From Asterias rubens (taxonomy: Eukaryota): a DNA stretch of 64,000 nt. Position 1 is the first letter of the stretch; each line of letters opens with the position of its first letter. Below are positions 26,143 through 37,156 of this stretch, one piece after another. Under the pieces are notes generated by a model that saw only the letters and a program-made list of their open reading frames with translations, did not search any database and had not been told where the DNA came from. The stretch lies in NCBI RefSeq assembly GCF_902459465.1, contig NC_047064.1:3534001-3598000 (forward strand), read 5' to 3'. The position numbers and the translations under genes were made by a program.

Positions 26143-26570
26143 AGTCAGGTTGGCTCAGTGGTTTCTTTCCATGCTTTTCAGCTCTGTGGACCCCGTGGTG
26201 GATTTCTCAAAGAGTTAGGACTAGTCTTATCTCGACTTAAGACGAGTAACTCATTCTAACTTAGGACTAGCCATACGTTTTTAATATCACTTAGGACTAG
26301 TCCTAACTCCTTGTGAAATCGACCCCCGGTTCGATACCCGGAACGGAGCCTTGCATGTGGATGGAAATACACCATACAGCAAGAACAGAGTGCAAATGCA
26401 GTCAGGTTGGGTTAGTGGTTTTTGTCCCTGCCGTTCACCTCTGTGGGCCCCGGTTCGATACCCGAAACCGGAACCTTGCATGATGATTGGGGTCTTCAGT
26501 CCCTACCTACTGCTTTGGTTTTCTCAAAAGGTTTTCCTTCCACGTCTAAAACATAAAATTCTTCATGGTC
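26143..26570 (+). mobile_element. Two tandem heads of a second tRNA-derived SINE family
   Basis: GCAGTCAGGTTGG(C/G)T(C/T)AGTGG ... GGTTCGATACCCG occurs twice. A minus-strand sister lies at 57538-57665. Confidence 0.65.
26197..26324. mobile_element. MITE inserted in a SINE head
   Basis: TIR GGTGGATTTCTCAAAGAGTTAGGACTAG / CTAGTCCTAACTCCTTGTGAAATCGACC. Confidence 0.75.
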
Positions 26571-26894
26571 TTTTCTACAAAAGGTTGGTGAGATGTTTCC
26601 TAAAGAATGCTTTGGCGACTAAATGATTCAGATGCACTATTCAAATTCAGAATGCAAGGCTTGTTATTTCATCTTAAACCGGCAGTTTGAAACTCGTCAA
26701 AGTTTAAAGAGTTTATACTAGTCGAGTATTTTAAGGTTTACCGGGGCATGACAATTTCCTGCGTGTAAAATGCGGTATGCTATAAGTATGAACGTCTGCC
26801 CTGGAACAAAATTGATATTTCCCCCCGTCATGAACATTTAACACAGTTATAGGTGATTGGAGATGGAGGGAGGGTAGAAGCTAATTGTACTTAC

Positions 26895-27064
26895 CTAAGG
26901 TGATCTGATAGCGACCTCTTCCCCCACCGCATCTCTCCCATCCCTTCACCGTTGCAATTGATCGGGGCCGGGGGGCACCCACCACCGTCACAGTTCGTTG
27001 CAAGACACACCATCAGTAGTGTGACGAGAAGCCAGTACGCAAAACACTTCTCCGCCGGTAGCAT
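26895..27064 (-). CDS. First coding exon of a putative neuropeptide precursor (signal peptide + Cys-bridged MRW-amide peptide + KR site)
   Basis: Manual translation: MLPAEKCFAYWLLVTLLMVCLATNCDGGGCPPAPINCNGEGMGEMRWGKRSLSDHL plus 2 nt (170 nt). It has a hydrophobic core after an N-terminal Lys, the G-KR amidation/cleavage motif at 26923-26915 and a consensus donor TAG|GTAAGT at 26894. A pyrimidine-rich acceptor (tttgtttcgtttttcgcttcAG) lies 1 nt before the ATG. Read unspliced it is only 57 codons, hence absent from the ORF track. Confidence 0.85.
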
Positions 27065-27582
27065 TCTGAAGCGAAAAACGAAACAAACCCCGAATAAGGA
27101 ACTGGCGTTGAACGAGCAACCGAGTCCAAGTCGAAGTATGTTACAATTTCAGTCCGTCTGGACGTTTATAGTCTCTGGTAGAGCTTATGTGGTGTTTAGG
27201 AAAACGCTCCCCGTGTGTCAATCCGCTCTGCCTTTACCCAACATAGAAGTCAGAACGGAGAAAGATTCCTAAAGTCCCGGGGATTTAGTTCTCAGAGCAG
27301 CACGATAGGTTTCCCAGCATGTATAAACCAGACAGCTGATGGAGAACTACAAGACAGAAGAAGAAACAAACTGATGATAGTCAGGATGTCTTTATTGTCT
27401 CGCGCTATATACTTGTCTCGCGAAGTCGCATGCTCTACCTGTGTCGTGAAACAATCTGTTCAGTACACTGTCGACCAGTCTGTCCGCAGCTTACGGGGCG
27501 AGTTATCCGTACTGCGGATGGGGAAGTGACACCCACGTGTCCGCAGACAAATTGCTTTTGTGTTGGCGCGCTTTTAACTTAC

Positions 27583-27725
27583 CGTGCTTTCCCAAAGACA
27601 CACCCATTATGACGTGCGCATGTGTGCACGTTGTTCTTTGTTGTTGTTGAGGGGTTGTGTACAGTTTTGTTTTAACGGACATGCGCTGTTGTAGCGAATT
27701 GTCCAATATCTAGGACGTTTTTATG
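27583..27725 (-). promoter_or_regulatory. Candidate 5' non-coding exon/core promoter of the neuropeptide gene
   Basis: Consensus donor CACG|GTAAGT at 27582 could join the acceptor at 27066. There is a CATAAAA element at 27719-27725 and a CRE half-site TGACGT at 27610-27615. An alternative TATATA lies at 27406-27411. Out-of-frame upstream ATGs weaken the model. Confidence 0.3.
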
Positions 27726-28154
27726 TTGACTCTACAGGCATTCAAGTGGTATACATGTAAAGCATTGTCCGTCGCTTAATACTTAAAACAGATGATCATG
27801 CCAGAAAATTAAGACAGTCCGGTATTAAGAAAGTTAAAGATAGAGCACAATACAACGGTAACATTGGAAGGAAACATGATTCCCAAATTTGACATTTTTC
27901 TTTAGCCTATGGTTTTAACATCAACCAATAATTATTTCATCAGAATTACTGCATGTTAGATTGTGACGTAGTAAGGGACTAGTGATTTTTGATGTTTTAG
28001 TGGAGGAGGGGATGTTTTCAATTATGTTTTTAAAGGTAGTAAGATTTGAGGGAGATTCGGACTGGAAGGCATGCAGGGAAACACCTACTGATCCCATTTG
28101 TACCATCGGGTTAGTATTATAATCTAACAATTTGCTTACATTTTTTTCTTACTT

Positions 28155-28460
28155 TTGACCTAGTACACCTTTGAATAGAGGTACTTTATTCCTACTTTAG
28201 ACATTTAAATGGAGGTATTTCACAATACTGTCAGACCGTCCTAAAACACCTTTAAGATTCCATGCCATAGGCCTGAAAAAACCCTTAAATAAATAAGGTA
28301 TTTTATCCATACTTAAGAACTGCAAATTACCTTAAATAATAGAGGTATTGTATTAAAATACCTTTAATAATAGAGGTATGTTATCTATAGGGGCCTGAAA
28401 TTTTGTAATAACGGAGGTTTCCTATCCATACTATCAGACCGACAAAGTATCTTTAAGAAT
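28155..28460. repeat. Degenerate repeat of ACCTTTAATAATAGAGGTA-like motifs
   Basis: At least four copies of the motif. Confidence 0.5.
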
Positions 28461-29004
28461 ATGGGTAATTTCATGTATTTAGGAGAGTTGATTGGCCTTT
28501 AATCTAAAACTACACACAAACATCAGATCAGTACAAGGATAACTCAACGAAATAACATTAACTTAGCGCAACTCTGAAGTTCATATCTTTTTAATAAAAA
28601 CCCATTAATAACGGTATTGAAATATCACTATAAAAATTAACAAGTGTCTCTGACGTACCGATATTATATTATAACATAATTATGGTCATGAAACGCTATC
28701 TCGCTTCAAGTCTCAGTATATCTTCCGGTTTTCCTGTCGAACATCAATCGTTTTTTCATTACGAGGGATCCTATGTGTGCTTCACTTGCTAAATATAGCT
28801 CCATTGTTTCCTGTTCAGACAAAAAAATCTATTGTGTTGAAGTGAAAATTACGTCTTGTCAAGTGGTAAGACTGCATGGGTTGTAATTACGAGGGCTGGT
28901 TCGAATCCTGCTAAGCTAACCGCCGTTGGCTAGAATAAGTATTGTCGCGTATTATAATTACTGAATCACATTTTAGAGCGGTAGGGTCCATGCAGAAAGA
29001 ATAA

Positions 29005-29129
29005 TCAGGACGCTTGGTGGCAGCAGACTTACCAGGTCAAATCCATTGTTCTCGGTAATGTGCGCAAGCTCAGAACTAGGTAAACAATGGAAATCTACTT
29101 GGTAAGTCTGCTGCCATCAAGCGTCCTGA
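29005..29129. mobile_element. Short MITE with ~30-bp TIR
   Basis: TCAGGACGCTTGGTGGCAGCAGACTTACCA / TGGTAAGTCTGCTGCCATCAAGCGTCCTGA. Confidence 0.75.
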
Positions 29130-30343
29130 AAGTCTCCCATTGGAATACACAATGTGAGAAACGTTTATGACAGTTATGTTTCCCAGATTCAACTAAACAA
29201 ATAACTGATCAGATAAGTATTGATATTTTTCCCATAACCACATTACTGCGATGTAAAATGTATCTAAAAATTGTTTCATGTTATTAAAGGATACACTTTA
29301 CTTCTACCCAAAAGTTGTTATTGTTAAAATGTTGTGTATCTTATGTCTTATTTGTTTTCAGCTTAAACTGTTCTGCCATCGTGTCGCTTTTATTACGAAC
29401 TCGATGTGTCATGTAATATGTTCATCTGTCCTTTTGTCTGTCTGTCTGATTGTCTTGTTTTCTTGTCTGTCTGGCTGTTTTTTTTTTACAAGCTCATGCT
29501 TACCAAAATGGCCCGTACTCTATTTACTTATTTATGTTTACTCTTCTTTAAAGATAATGTTTTGCTTTAACTGTCGTGTTTCTCTTATGAGAGTAAGGAA
29601 ATAAACTATTCTTGAATCGAATTGAATTGAATCTAAGAGTGATTGCCAAACGTATCTTCTCTTTAAAGCAACAATGGATTATATTTTCTAAATTTGCCAA
29701 GGGCAAATCCATAGCGATGTTATTTATTTATTTAATAATTAACTTAGTTATTGCCATTAGTTATTCATTAAATGATTTATTCATTACTCAAATTGATGTT
29801 TAATTTATGTATGATTCATACCCAGGGCGTGATTTTCTAGGTAAACTGTAGATAACGTGACATTTTTTTTTAACTAACACGGATTTTCGCAATAACGACG
29901 GCTTGAAATGTTCGTTTTAGATTTCAATTTTAAAATAACCCACATTCAATCCAATTGAGCTCAAATAAATTCAAAGCAATACTATTTTAGCACCAACAAA
30001 CCCACGAATTATATACCGTGTAAATAGCCTACCTGTATTAATTGTTACCCCTACACCGACGTGTGTTAGCACTGTATACTAAAAACAAAAAAAAATTCTT
30101 TGTTCTTACGCCAAAATAAAAAATCAGCCAGAGGAAATATGTATCTGTGATATTTTGTAAGTCATCCTGAATCGAGCTCAATTCAAGTCATTTTCAGCCG
30201 AGTGCAATGCCCCTAAAATGCACCTCGAGGCACAAGAGCCTGGACCACTGCCCCCATTCCCACCTGGGCATTTTCGTCGATGTCGAAACCTCCTCATCTT
30301 TTATAGATTGCAGTTTTGTCTTTACCCTAAACCTTCCCCTTAC

Positions 30344-30524
30344 TCAGTCTGTCCCCTTTGAATCCGTCTTGGCCAAATCCCACGTGGTCCTCTTCTCCTT
30401 GCGTTTAAAACACATTTCTCCTTCTCGCAGATAGGCACTCAAAGGAATCGAGAAACCAATAGTTGTTTTCGAAGCGTTCACTCTCATAACCAACACCCGA
30501 GGCGAAAGGGAGAAAAAACCTGAC
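30344..30524 (-). other. Candidate exon (5' UTR exon or diverged paralogous terminal exon)
   Basis: A long pyrimidine tract ends in aaacAG at 30525, and a donor TGA|GTAAGG lies at 30343. The phase-2 frame is open to a TGA exactly at the donor. Confidence 0.3.
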
Positions 30525-30963
30525 CTGTTTTGCAATCGGTGAGAAATAAAGAAGAAAAACCCAAAAACAAATACACAAAAATTGCGGTGAACCGGGGGAT
30601 TCAAATCACAAAGAGTAATATGATGTCGTGATGCAACAACTTTCTAGAATAAAGTGCCCGCCAGTAGAGAGAGAGAGAGATACAGGGGAACAAAAAGAGA
30701 AAGGCAAACCTTTTTATCTATAATCACAACTCTCAATTTGGGACCGATGTAGACGCAGGAAACGCTTGAATTTAACTCTCGTTTCTCCACACTGAAGTGT
30801 TCAAATGGATAAATAATTAAATAGTTCAGTGCGTGTTGCCTCCCTGTGTTTGAGACAGATAATACGCCGTGTTAACACCAATCAAAGCTCCATGGTCGTT
30901 TTTATTACAGGCTAGCATGAAATAGTTAAGACGCATGTGAAGAAGACAAAAATTGCCTTCAGC

Positions 30964-30994
30964 AAGTGCGGTCATTGCGTGGAGAGTTTTTATA
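30964..30994 (-). promoter_or_regulatory. TATA box + initiator-like element
   Basis: TATAAAA at 30994-30988 and GCACTT Inr-like motif with its A at 30967 (27 nt spacing). Motif match only. Confidence 0.25.
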
Positions 30995-31552
30995 TCATCT
31001 CAGATCTCTCATTCAGTTTGAGCTTGTATCGTGCAAATCTCTGTTTAACGAGCGCTTATTTCACCGCGCATGGAGGCGATTTCGAAGGGGGTAGAACGAG
31101 AACATTTACCGGAAGATCAGAGAGGGGAAGTGACGACGGGGGAATAAGACGGACTTGGAAAGGCTGTCATTAATTTGTGAAGGATCTCCATTTTGAGGAG
31201 GCTTTGTATCCTTAGTGCCGTCTTTACACCAAAAGCGTGAAGACAGACACAACATTATACACAATACTTTGATTAGTTAAAATCATATGCGGAGCGTATA
31301 CCTTATAGTAGTTTTAATATTTTTTAATACTCAAAGAATGTATGATTATAAAATGCTATTTTTTGGTTAGATCACTGCAGCTATTGATTATGTATAACAT
31401 TTTGAGAGACAATATTTCCCTTCTTAGGATTGTAGTTTTCAAGATAGGTATCCAAACCGTTTCAATCTGAGAAACACTGCAGCTATTGATAATGTACTGC
31501 ATTTTGAGGAATGCAATTTTAGAGGTAATGATTAAAAAACATTTGACCCGAG

Positions 31553-31890
31553 AAAAGGGAAGGTACACGTTTGGTAATTACTCAAAACAAATATGAACGT
31601 AAAAACTGACTTGGTATAACGAGCATTTGAGACCTGTTGATAGTATAAAACATTGTGAGAAACGACTCCCTCTAAAGTAGCATAGATTTTGAAATAGAGG
31701 TAACTTCTCACTAAAATTTATTAAAGACTTCTAGCTAGAAGTCTTTTATTCCTATCTGAAAGCACACAAATTCGTCCAACAAGGGTGTTTTTTCTTTCAT
31801 TTTCTCCCAACTTCGACGACCAATTGAGCTCAAATGTTCATAGGTTTGTTATTTTATGCCTATGTTGGGGAACACCAAGTGAGAACTATA
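31553..31890. mobile_element. Kolobok-like family 1 variant, truncated
   Basis: AGGGAAGGTACACGTTTGGTAATTACTC plus family internal sequence. Confidence 0.7.
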
Positions 31891-33961
31891 AAACGTTTCT
31901 CAGAGTGTGTGTTTTAATCACGGATTATTCTTCCTGCATAGACAAACCGCTCCAGAGATTCGGTGGTATTTATAAAACGCTTCTACATTTTCTAAATAAA
32001 ATTTTCACTGGTTGGCTTTAATTGTATATGTCTCCAATGAAAAAAGAAAGAAAAAAAAACTCTAAAAAGCAAAGGCGTACTTTGCCTCTACGTCAATAAC
32101 TACTCGGGGGCATATTGTGCGCATATGTTTGAGGAAGTGAACTTGAACTACGTATACTTCGAAACCACAAGTTGTCCTTGAAGATTACTTAACGTTTGAC
32201 AAAAGTACACAATGAAAAAGACAACGGTGGAGAAAAAGGGCGATTTGAAGTGGTTCTGTTAAATTCTAACAAAATTACCAAATATAAAGTTACGTGCAAA
32301 TTTAACGTAAAAGGTGTTAACCTTTTTGTCCAAATTGACTAACATTCACGTACAAATTTGAAATTTGTGGCATATTATTCACAATTTGTGCATTAGTTGC
32401 GAATATTTACGTGAACATTAAACATTTTGTGAAATAAAGCAAAACCAAACGTGAATTTTTACGTATTATTCAGGTAAATTGTGTTAGATACATAACATGT
32501 GTTTAGACTTGTATTAAACAAAAACAGCATTGTCCATGTGTTTTTAAATATTTAACAATCACCAGTTATATTTAACACTAATTTATCAATATTGTGTAAG
32601 ATGCTAAACAATTGGTGCATTGTCTCTTACGAGTAAGGTGTCAGCCTAATTGATCAAATTTTGCGAACAAAAAAACAGCCGCAAATGGCACTCCCTTGAG
32701 AAAACTGTTTATCAGACGATAAGCTGCTCGTCTTGTACACGTTGTAAATGGAGTAGTTGTTGCTATGAAAGCTTAAATACAATTTTTTTTTAATATGTAA
32801 ATTGGTTAGTCTTTAAGTGCTTCCATAACCTTCTTATTTTATAAGATAATGTATTCAATCATGTTCTTGGGCACTCATAAGAGTCTTGTCAAGAAGATTG
32901 ATATTACAGCCAGCGACTTGACGTCTAATAATTTCAGAAATCAATACACGATGGCCATACTTAGTTGTACGTTAAGCACCACACAAAGTGAAAGATAAAT
33001 TACATCTTATTATTATTATTATTTTAGTATTTTTTATTCGGCATAAAAAAAAAACCAGTGACATATGCCTGGAATAAAAAATAAGATAAAAAATACCCCC
33101 AAACCGTAGCCCGAAGGCCCTCGATTCCAATATCCCTGGCCATATATTAAAACAACTTCAACTACCTACCCTAAGTCTATAAAAACATAATAAACATTAA
33201 ACAACAATAGAAAGATGCTCACCAGTAAAAATGTGAGACCTTAAAGACTTCAACTCCTTTAAAATACGATAGCTTTCAAGAAAATTCTGGTGGACAAATT
33301 CACCTGTCAGCACATACCACCTGGGAGAGTATCTAATACATGGCTTTCAAATTCCATCCAATCACCCCCCCCCCTTCTCTTTCCTTCACACTTGTCGAGC
33401 TGTTCACTATTGATCTCAAACAGCTAAACCTGTTAGGCATCGTGGGAGTGCGTGTAAACTTGCTGGGGATACTTTTTGTTAAATGCCTTGGTATTGAAAG
33501 GTAATCGTTTTTTGTACGTGATGAAACCTGACGTTTCACTGGCGTTAATGGCCGAGTGTGTGGGTCTCGACGGACTTTGGCGCGCGAGGATAGAGGAGAT
33601 AGTGCTTTTTGTTGTGTGGCGTGTCGGGACAACTGGGACTTGGCAACACAAAATCAACCCCAACCCCGAACCAAGCGTCAACAATTTATCCACCTTTAAA
33701 GATTAATCAAAATTATCCCATACCCGATTTCGAGTTTGATTACTCTAAATGTGTTGACTGCACGGACGATTTAAAGGACAAGCGAGCGAGTGCCTTTTTT
33801 GAAAAGTACGCTAGATCCTCCCCGCCAAAAATATCCCGCTTAAAAAAAAAACGTCCGTTAAAACCTATTTATTAAAAGCTAATTTCCTGCGCTCTCGAGT
33901 TTGGATTTCAAGAAATATCTTGAGCTTCGAAAAAGTTGCAGACGTTAACAATTTTTCTTAA

Positions 33962-34329
33962 AGGCACTGGACACGTTTGGTTATTCTCAAAGACCAATAA
34001 TCTCACATGGTGTATCCCAACATATGCATAAAATAACAAACCTGTGAAAATTTGGGCTCAATTGGTAATCAAAGTTGCAAGAGAATAATGACAGAAAAAC
34101 ACCCTTTTGCATAACTTTTTGTGCTTTGAAATGCACAATACAAGACTTCAGCTGAAACCTTTTTTTTTATTTGAGTGAGAAATTCCCTCTTTTTCAAAAA
34201 CTGTGTTACTTTAGAGGAAGCCGTTTCTCACAATGTTTTATACTATCAACATCTCTCCATTGCTCGTTACCAAGTTTAGGTTTGATGGTAACAATTATTT
34301 TGAGTTATTACCAATAGTGTCAAGTGCCT
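33962..34329. mobile_element. Kolobok-like MITE family 1, full-length
   Basis: TTAA-AGGCACTGGACAC ... GTGTCAAGTGCCT-TTAA, same internal sequence. Confidence 0.8.
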
Positions 34330-35194
34330 TTAATGTCTGTTTTAAAAAACAATCTAGGGGAAAGAGGAATGACACGACTCTTTCCTGGCTGAAGTGACAC
34401 GCAGGATATTAAAGGTTTTCTGACTACCGTCGGCAATACTTTCCCCAAAAGATCGCGTCACAGACGATAAGCTCCATTGTAAAAAGGGGCGATTATCATT
34501 AGCGATCAGCGGCTATGCATGTAAATGTTCATCCTTGATTGCTCTAAACACTACATTAATTTATTGAAACGAGCATGATGGCCGAGATACGTTCCAATAC
34601 ATAGCTGACGGGTACTTTATGTGACAAATGTTTGAGGCAGAACAAAACTTTGTTAAAGTGATAGTCTATTAGCCTCTTTGAGGTTTTGCGGACGCACTGT
34701 TTGGTTTGGGTGTATGCAAACAAATTTACCCATACCTAATAGTGTTCGTCGTAGGCTTGTTGTTTTTTAGTTAAAAAAGTAACTGTAATAAAAGTCTCAA
34801 GTTTTTAGGAAGTAACTTCAAAGAAGCGTGCTGATTTGAACTTTTGTTTCTTAGTGGTACAACACTGACAAATTGACAAAACTGCTCTTTTTCGTTATCC
34901 TTTTCCTTACAACTCAGTAGGGGTCTATATCTAATGGTAAAGATTTGGCCAATACACTAGTGTGTATTTAAAATTATCTAAATAATGAACATTGACACAT
35001 CTCTGCCCAACAAATCAGCCACAAAATGTAAGCTTCTTAAACCGACAATTTGAAAAAGCGGGGGAAATCCAAGAACAAAAGCAGAGGTGTAATCGTAAAC
35101 ACCATAAACCAAATAAACATTAGTTTGACTAAAGAGCGTATTGAACCCTCACACCCAGAGGTAGTAGTTTGGTACCTTTAAACTATTCCCAACT

Positions 35195-35481
35195 GTGATG
35201 TTTCCATCTATAAAAGCTTTGACCTATAATTGTAGACTTTTGATTGTGCACTTTTCAACCAATTATTCAAGCATCTTACACTGTAATTACTTTAACCGGT
35301 TCAATCACTTGTGGTTGTTTTGTACCTTATCAATTTTACTTCAAGCTTTGATGTTTCCATCTATAAAAACTTCCACACGAATATTGTTGACATATAGTTG
35401 TGCACTTTTCAACCAAATATCCAAGCATCTTACAATATTATTATACTGTCTTGTTTTGTTCACTTGTGGTTGTTTTGTACC
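35195..35481. repeat. 154-bp tandem duplication
   Basis: TGATGTTTCCATCTATAAAA at 35195 and 35349. CACTTGTGGTTGTTTTGTACC occurs twice. Confidence 0.8.
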
Positions 35482-35486
35482 CTAAT

Positions 35487-35842
35487 AGGAACACGTTGCC
35501 TTGGATCGGTCGAGTTGGTCTATGAAAAGCGTTTGAAACCATTTGTTATGAAATGCATATGGTTATAAAGATATTTTAAAAGTAGAATAAAATGATCCAC
35601 ACAAGCATCACTCAAAATTGCACGATTTTCATTTAAAGTCGCGAACTAATATGGTCGGCCATTTATGTGAGTCAAATATTTGACGACGAGGTAAAACGAA
35701 AACCACGCCATTTCGAGGCATATTTGTGTAGATCATTGTATTCTACTTTGGCAACATCTTTCTAACCATATCGATTTTATAACAAACGGTTACAGGACGC
35801 TTTTCAAAGACCAACTCGACCGATCCAAGGCAACACGTTCCT
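35487..35842. mobile_element. Kolobok-like MITE family 2
   Basis: TIR AGGAACACGTTGCCTTGGATCGGTCGAGTTGGTC with right-hand TTAA. Confidence 0.8.
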
Positions 35843-36906
35843 TTAATAATTGTACTTGAAGCTTTGAAGTTTTGCATGTACAGTTATATACTGTAAACAT
35901 TGAGAGTGCACTTCAACCAATTACCAATCATTTTACCCTAATATCACTAAAACCTGTTCATTTTTGCCGTAAGCAATCCTGACAAGAACTTGACTCATTG
36001 GGGATACGCACACCGGCAGCCAAATGTGCCTTTAACTTGTTAATCATTCACATCAACAATCTCTACCCTCACAGGTGCCCTTTTACTCCTGGGTGAAGAG
36101 GAGCAATTATAGTTAAGTGACTTGCCCAAGGACACAACTGTCACGACCGGGATTCGAACCCACACTCCGGTGCCCCAGACACCAGGGTTTGGTTAAATAA
36201 TGTGCTAGAATGAACAATGTTTTGACAAAACTCCGTGTAAGGCCCACACACCGTATAGGGATGAGCGTAATAAATGGTGCTGATTGTGATGAACACCATA
36301 ATTAAGACAAGAAAATGTGCTGTTGCAAACTGCTTTACTAGCTTGAAGGACATATAACTGCAAACATTGGTTGATGGCCCGACGTTTCGACCATCGTAGA
36401 GTCTTCATGACGTTGCACTCAAAGTTCATTCAACTTTTATCCTGGCTATTTTTGGTGATTAGCTAATTTTCAATCCATACTTAGCGAGTTAAAATTAGCT
36501 TATCGCCTTAATTAATTCATTACCACAAAACTCGCTATTCATATTCCATTCAAGCGTTATTCATATTTCTTTCAAGCGTCAAACTCGCCACACTTAATTA
36601 ACTTTTTTTTTTGTCAGAAGCAAGCTATCAATACAATCGATCTGCATAAAGTGAGGGGGTGGTCAAGCAATGCTACCCCCGTAAAAACTACCTTCCCAAG
36701 CACACCGTATACCATGTAAGGCAATCGAGTACATGACATGTAGGATTGGAAACTTTGCATGGTGAAATTACGTAAGGTTTGCCGTAATACCATGTAATAA
36801 CAATCTCTAAAAAATTAGTTAGGGTGATTCTTCAAAGAACCGTTGGTTGGATTTGAAACCTACGGTTCTTTTCAGAACCACCCAACCCATTTATTATAGA
36901 TGTAAA

Positions 36907-37156
36907 GTGTCGTGGCCAAAAGGTTAATAGCACCGAATTCAACTATGGTGTTTCTGATCAGCAGAGAGTGGGTTTGAGCCCCAGTCGTGACACTTGTTTC
37001 CTTAAGCAAGACAAATAACCATTGCTTCGTCCTTCGGATGGGACGTAAAACCGTCGGTCCCGTGTGTTGTGTAACGCACGTTTGAAAGAACCCAGTGCAC
37101 TTATGGAAACAAGAAGGGGTTCGCCCCGGTGTTCCTAGCTGGATCGGCAGCATATT
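36907..37156 (+). mobile_element. tRNA-derived SINE, most complete copy
   Basis: A-box-like GTGGCCAAAAGG and B-box-like GGGTTTGAGCCCC. Central TTCGGATGGGACGTAAAACCGTCGGTCCCG domain (resembles the V-SINE-type core, from memory). Confidence 0.75.

Noticed and set aside
26895-27064. Assigning the precursor the name luqin
   Set aside because: Only the MRW-amide terminus matches. The FPKF motif and the C-terminal two-cysteine domain of luqin precursors were not found, so no gene symbol is given.
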